Part shown: positions 33,326-34,466 of the stretch, piece after piece
Position numbering within the stretch: position 1 is the stretch's first letter
Layout of the letters: each line of letters starts with the position of its first letter
Assembly: GCA_021286735.1 (NCBI GenBank)
Contig: JAJTBU010000001.1
Location: forward strand, 1-34,466
DNA length: 34,466 bases
Direction: 5' to 3'
Source of the DNA: a bacterium
GTDB taxonomy: Bacteria; Spirochaetota; Spirochaetia; Treponematales; Rectinemataceae
Translations under genes and position numbers: made by a program
The notes under the pieces: generated by a model
Told to the model about the DNA's origin: nothing
The model's input: the letters and a program-made list of their open reading frames with translations, nothing else
The model's database searches: none

Positions 33326-34466
33326 TTATTTTCTGGTGTAGACGGGCACCGGTCGCGTGCTCTGCCGCAGCAGCACCTCGCCGATGCGCTCCAGGCTGGC
33401 CTGGCTCTCCAGGCTGAGCCGGCGGTAGGTGGAATGGCTCACGAGCAGATCCTGGTGCAGCTCCCTGCAGAGCGAGTCGAGGCGCGCCGCCACCGCGATC
33501 GTGTCTCCGAACACGTCCCTGCGCTGCTCGCCGGGAGGGCCGAGCAGGGCCGACACCACGATGCCCGTGTGGATGCCCACGGAGACCTTGAGAGTCGCCG
33601 GAAGGGGCTGGGCGGCGAGATCCTCGTTCAGCCCCTCGAGTTCGTCCATGAAGCTGTAGGCCGACACGAGGGCGCGCTCGGGGTTGAGCTGCTCGTCGAC
33701 CAGCCCGAAGATGATCACGAGGGAGTCGCCGTTGATCGAGATGATCCGCCCTCCCGAGGCCACATGGGTCCAGAGGGCGTAGTAGCGGTTCAGGAAGTCC
33801 GCCGACTTCTGCGCTCCCATCATCTCCGAAAGGGCGGTGAAATTGACGATGTCAGAGGAAATGGCGGTGACGAGGAGGCGTTCGGGGGCCGGGGCTTTCG
33901 CGGGCGGGGCCGCGGCTTCCTCTTCCTGGGGCGCCCGCTGGTCGGGCTGGGGGCGCTGCCGCTCCAAAGTCCTGTCCAGGCGCGTCCTCAGGCTTATCGA
34001 GCGCATCCGCGCCGCCAGGAGCATGATATCGAAGCTCGTGATGCCCAGGAGGGCGAAGAGATGCTGGGGCGAAGCGACGAAGGACTCGAAGCCGGAGGTG
34101 AAGTGCGCGATCCTGATCGCCTCCTGGTAGGCCTCCCAGCTCAGGCGGCCGGCTTCGTACGACTGCTTCAGGTTGAGGCGGAGGTCGAGATAATAGTAGA
34201 AAGCGAAGAAAATGAGGCCTGAGCCGATGGACAGCGCCGCCTCGGCCACGCGCTTCAGGAAGCCGCCTTTCATCGAGGTCGAGATCGCCTGGAAAAAACC
34301 GATGTAGATCGCCGCTCCCCAGAGGAGGATATTGGTCGTCTCGGTGAAGTCCATGGTGCTGGTCGTGGCTCGGAGGATGGAGTAGCCGATGGGCGTTATC
34401 AGCGAAAAGAGGAAGCGCAGCACCGGCATGTGCCCCTGGCTGACGAGGAGGAGGGTCTGCACGATC
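33326..34466 (-). CDS. Membrane-anchored class III adenylate/guanylate cyclase-domain protein (5' end probably beyond the window)
   Basis: Four or more N-terminal TM helices and a Pro/Ala/Glu linker. The cyclase core reads SSDIVNFT, GGRIISINGDSLVIIFG, VGIHTGIVV, FGDTIAVAARL. The frame is still open at the window edge. Confidence 0.75.
   Translation of the reverse strand, partial: IVQTLLLVSQGHMPVLRFLFSLITPIGYSILRATTSTMDFTETTNILLWGAAIYIGFFQAISTSMKGGFLKRVAEAALSIGSGLIFFAFYYYLDLRLNLKQSYEAGRLSWEAYQEAIRIAHFTSGFESFVASPQHLFALLGITSFDIMLLAARMRSISLRTRLDRTLERQRPQPDQRAPQEEEAAAPPAKAPAPERLLVTAISSDIVNFTALSEMMGAQKSADFLNRYYALWTHVASGGRIISINGDSLVIIFGLVDEQLNPERALVSAYSFMDELEGLNEDLAAQPLPATLKVSVGIHTGIVVSALLGPPGEQRRDVFGDTIAVAARLDSLCRELHQDLLVSHSTYRRLSLESQASLERIGEVLLRQSTRPVPVYTRK

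Noticed and set aside
32345-34222. A 625-aa plus-strand ORF antisense to the lipoprotein and cyclase genes.
   Set aside because: It has the same GC-artefact composition. The opposite strand carries clear cyclase motifs and a lipobox.
1-34466. A window-wide search for mobile elements, prophage, defence islands, toxin-antitoxin pairs and tRNA/rRNA genes.
   Set aside because: I found no integrase, transposase, recombinase or phage-like ORFs. I also found no terminal inverted repeats flanking a block, no RNA-gene-sized intergenic gaps (the largest is about 165 bp), and no sustained drop in GC. The window reads as core chromosome.

Overview
This is a GC-rich (about two-thirds G+C by eye), densely coding bacterial chromosomal segment. 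I call about 33 protein-coding genes. I see no rRNA, tRNA, CRISPR array, transposase, integrase or obvious low-GC island. All calls come from reading the supplied translations and the DNA by eye; no searches were run.

Most genes are housekeeping:
- Glycolipid glycosyltransferases: an MGDG-synthase/UgtP-like GT28 enzyme and a GT4 enzyme.
- tpx, a deoxynucleoside kinase, nagA-nagB, msrA, and ettA followed by EamA and MarC membrane proteins.
- tkt followed by an Ldh_2 oxidoreductase, and uvrC.
- A co-directional NUDIX-pyk-ribA-GGDEF-yigZ block.
- A YgiQ radical-SAM protein, a lipoprotein alkaline phosphatase, a sugar-phosphate isomerase-like TIM barrel, and an ABC exporter pair.

Candidates worth a second look:
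1. A self-contained three-gene cassette at 30274-32466: CBS-pair::GHKL ATPase, a stand-alone DRTGG protein, and a PHP phosphoesterase. It could be a non-canonical kinase/partner/phosphatase switch. This is the best candidate for an undescribed system, but the evidence is architectural only.
2. A membrane-anchored Hjc-like PD-(D/E)xK nuclease at 27111-27545.
3. A membrane class III cyclase with apparently non-canonical catalytic residues, followed by an orphan lipoprotein (32495-34466).
4. A divergent SGDEF diguanylate cyclase, and a RibA with an N-terminal 4-Cys extension translationally coupled to pyk.
5. A recurring promoter geometry: a -10 hexamer 5-9 nt upstream of the start codon with no Shine-Dalgarno. 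This suggests many leaderless mRNAs.

The many long antisense or off-frame ORFs in the track are Arg/Pro/Gly-rich GC artefacts and were rejected.
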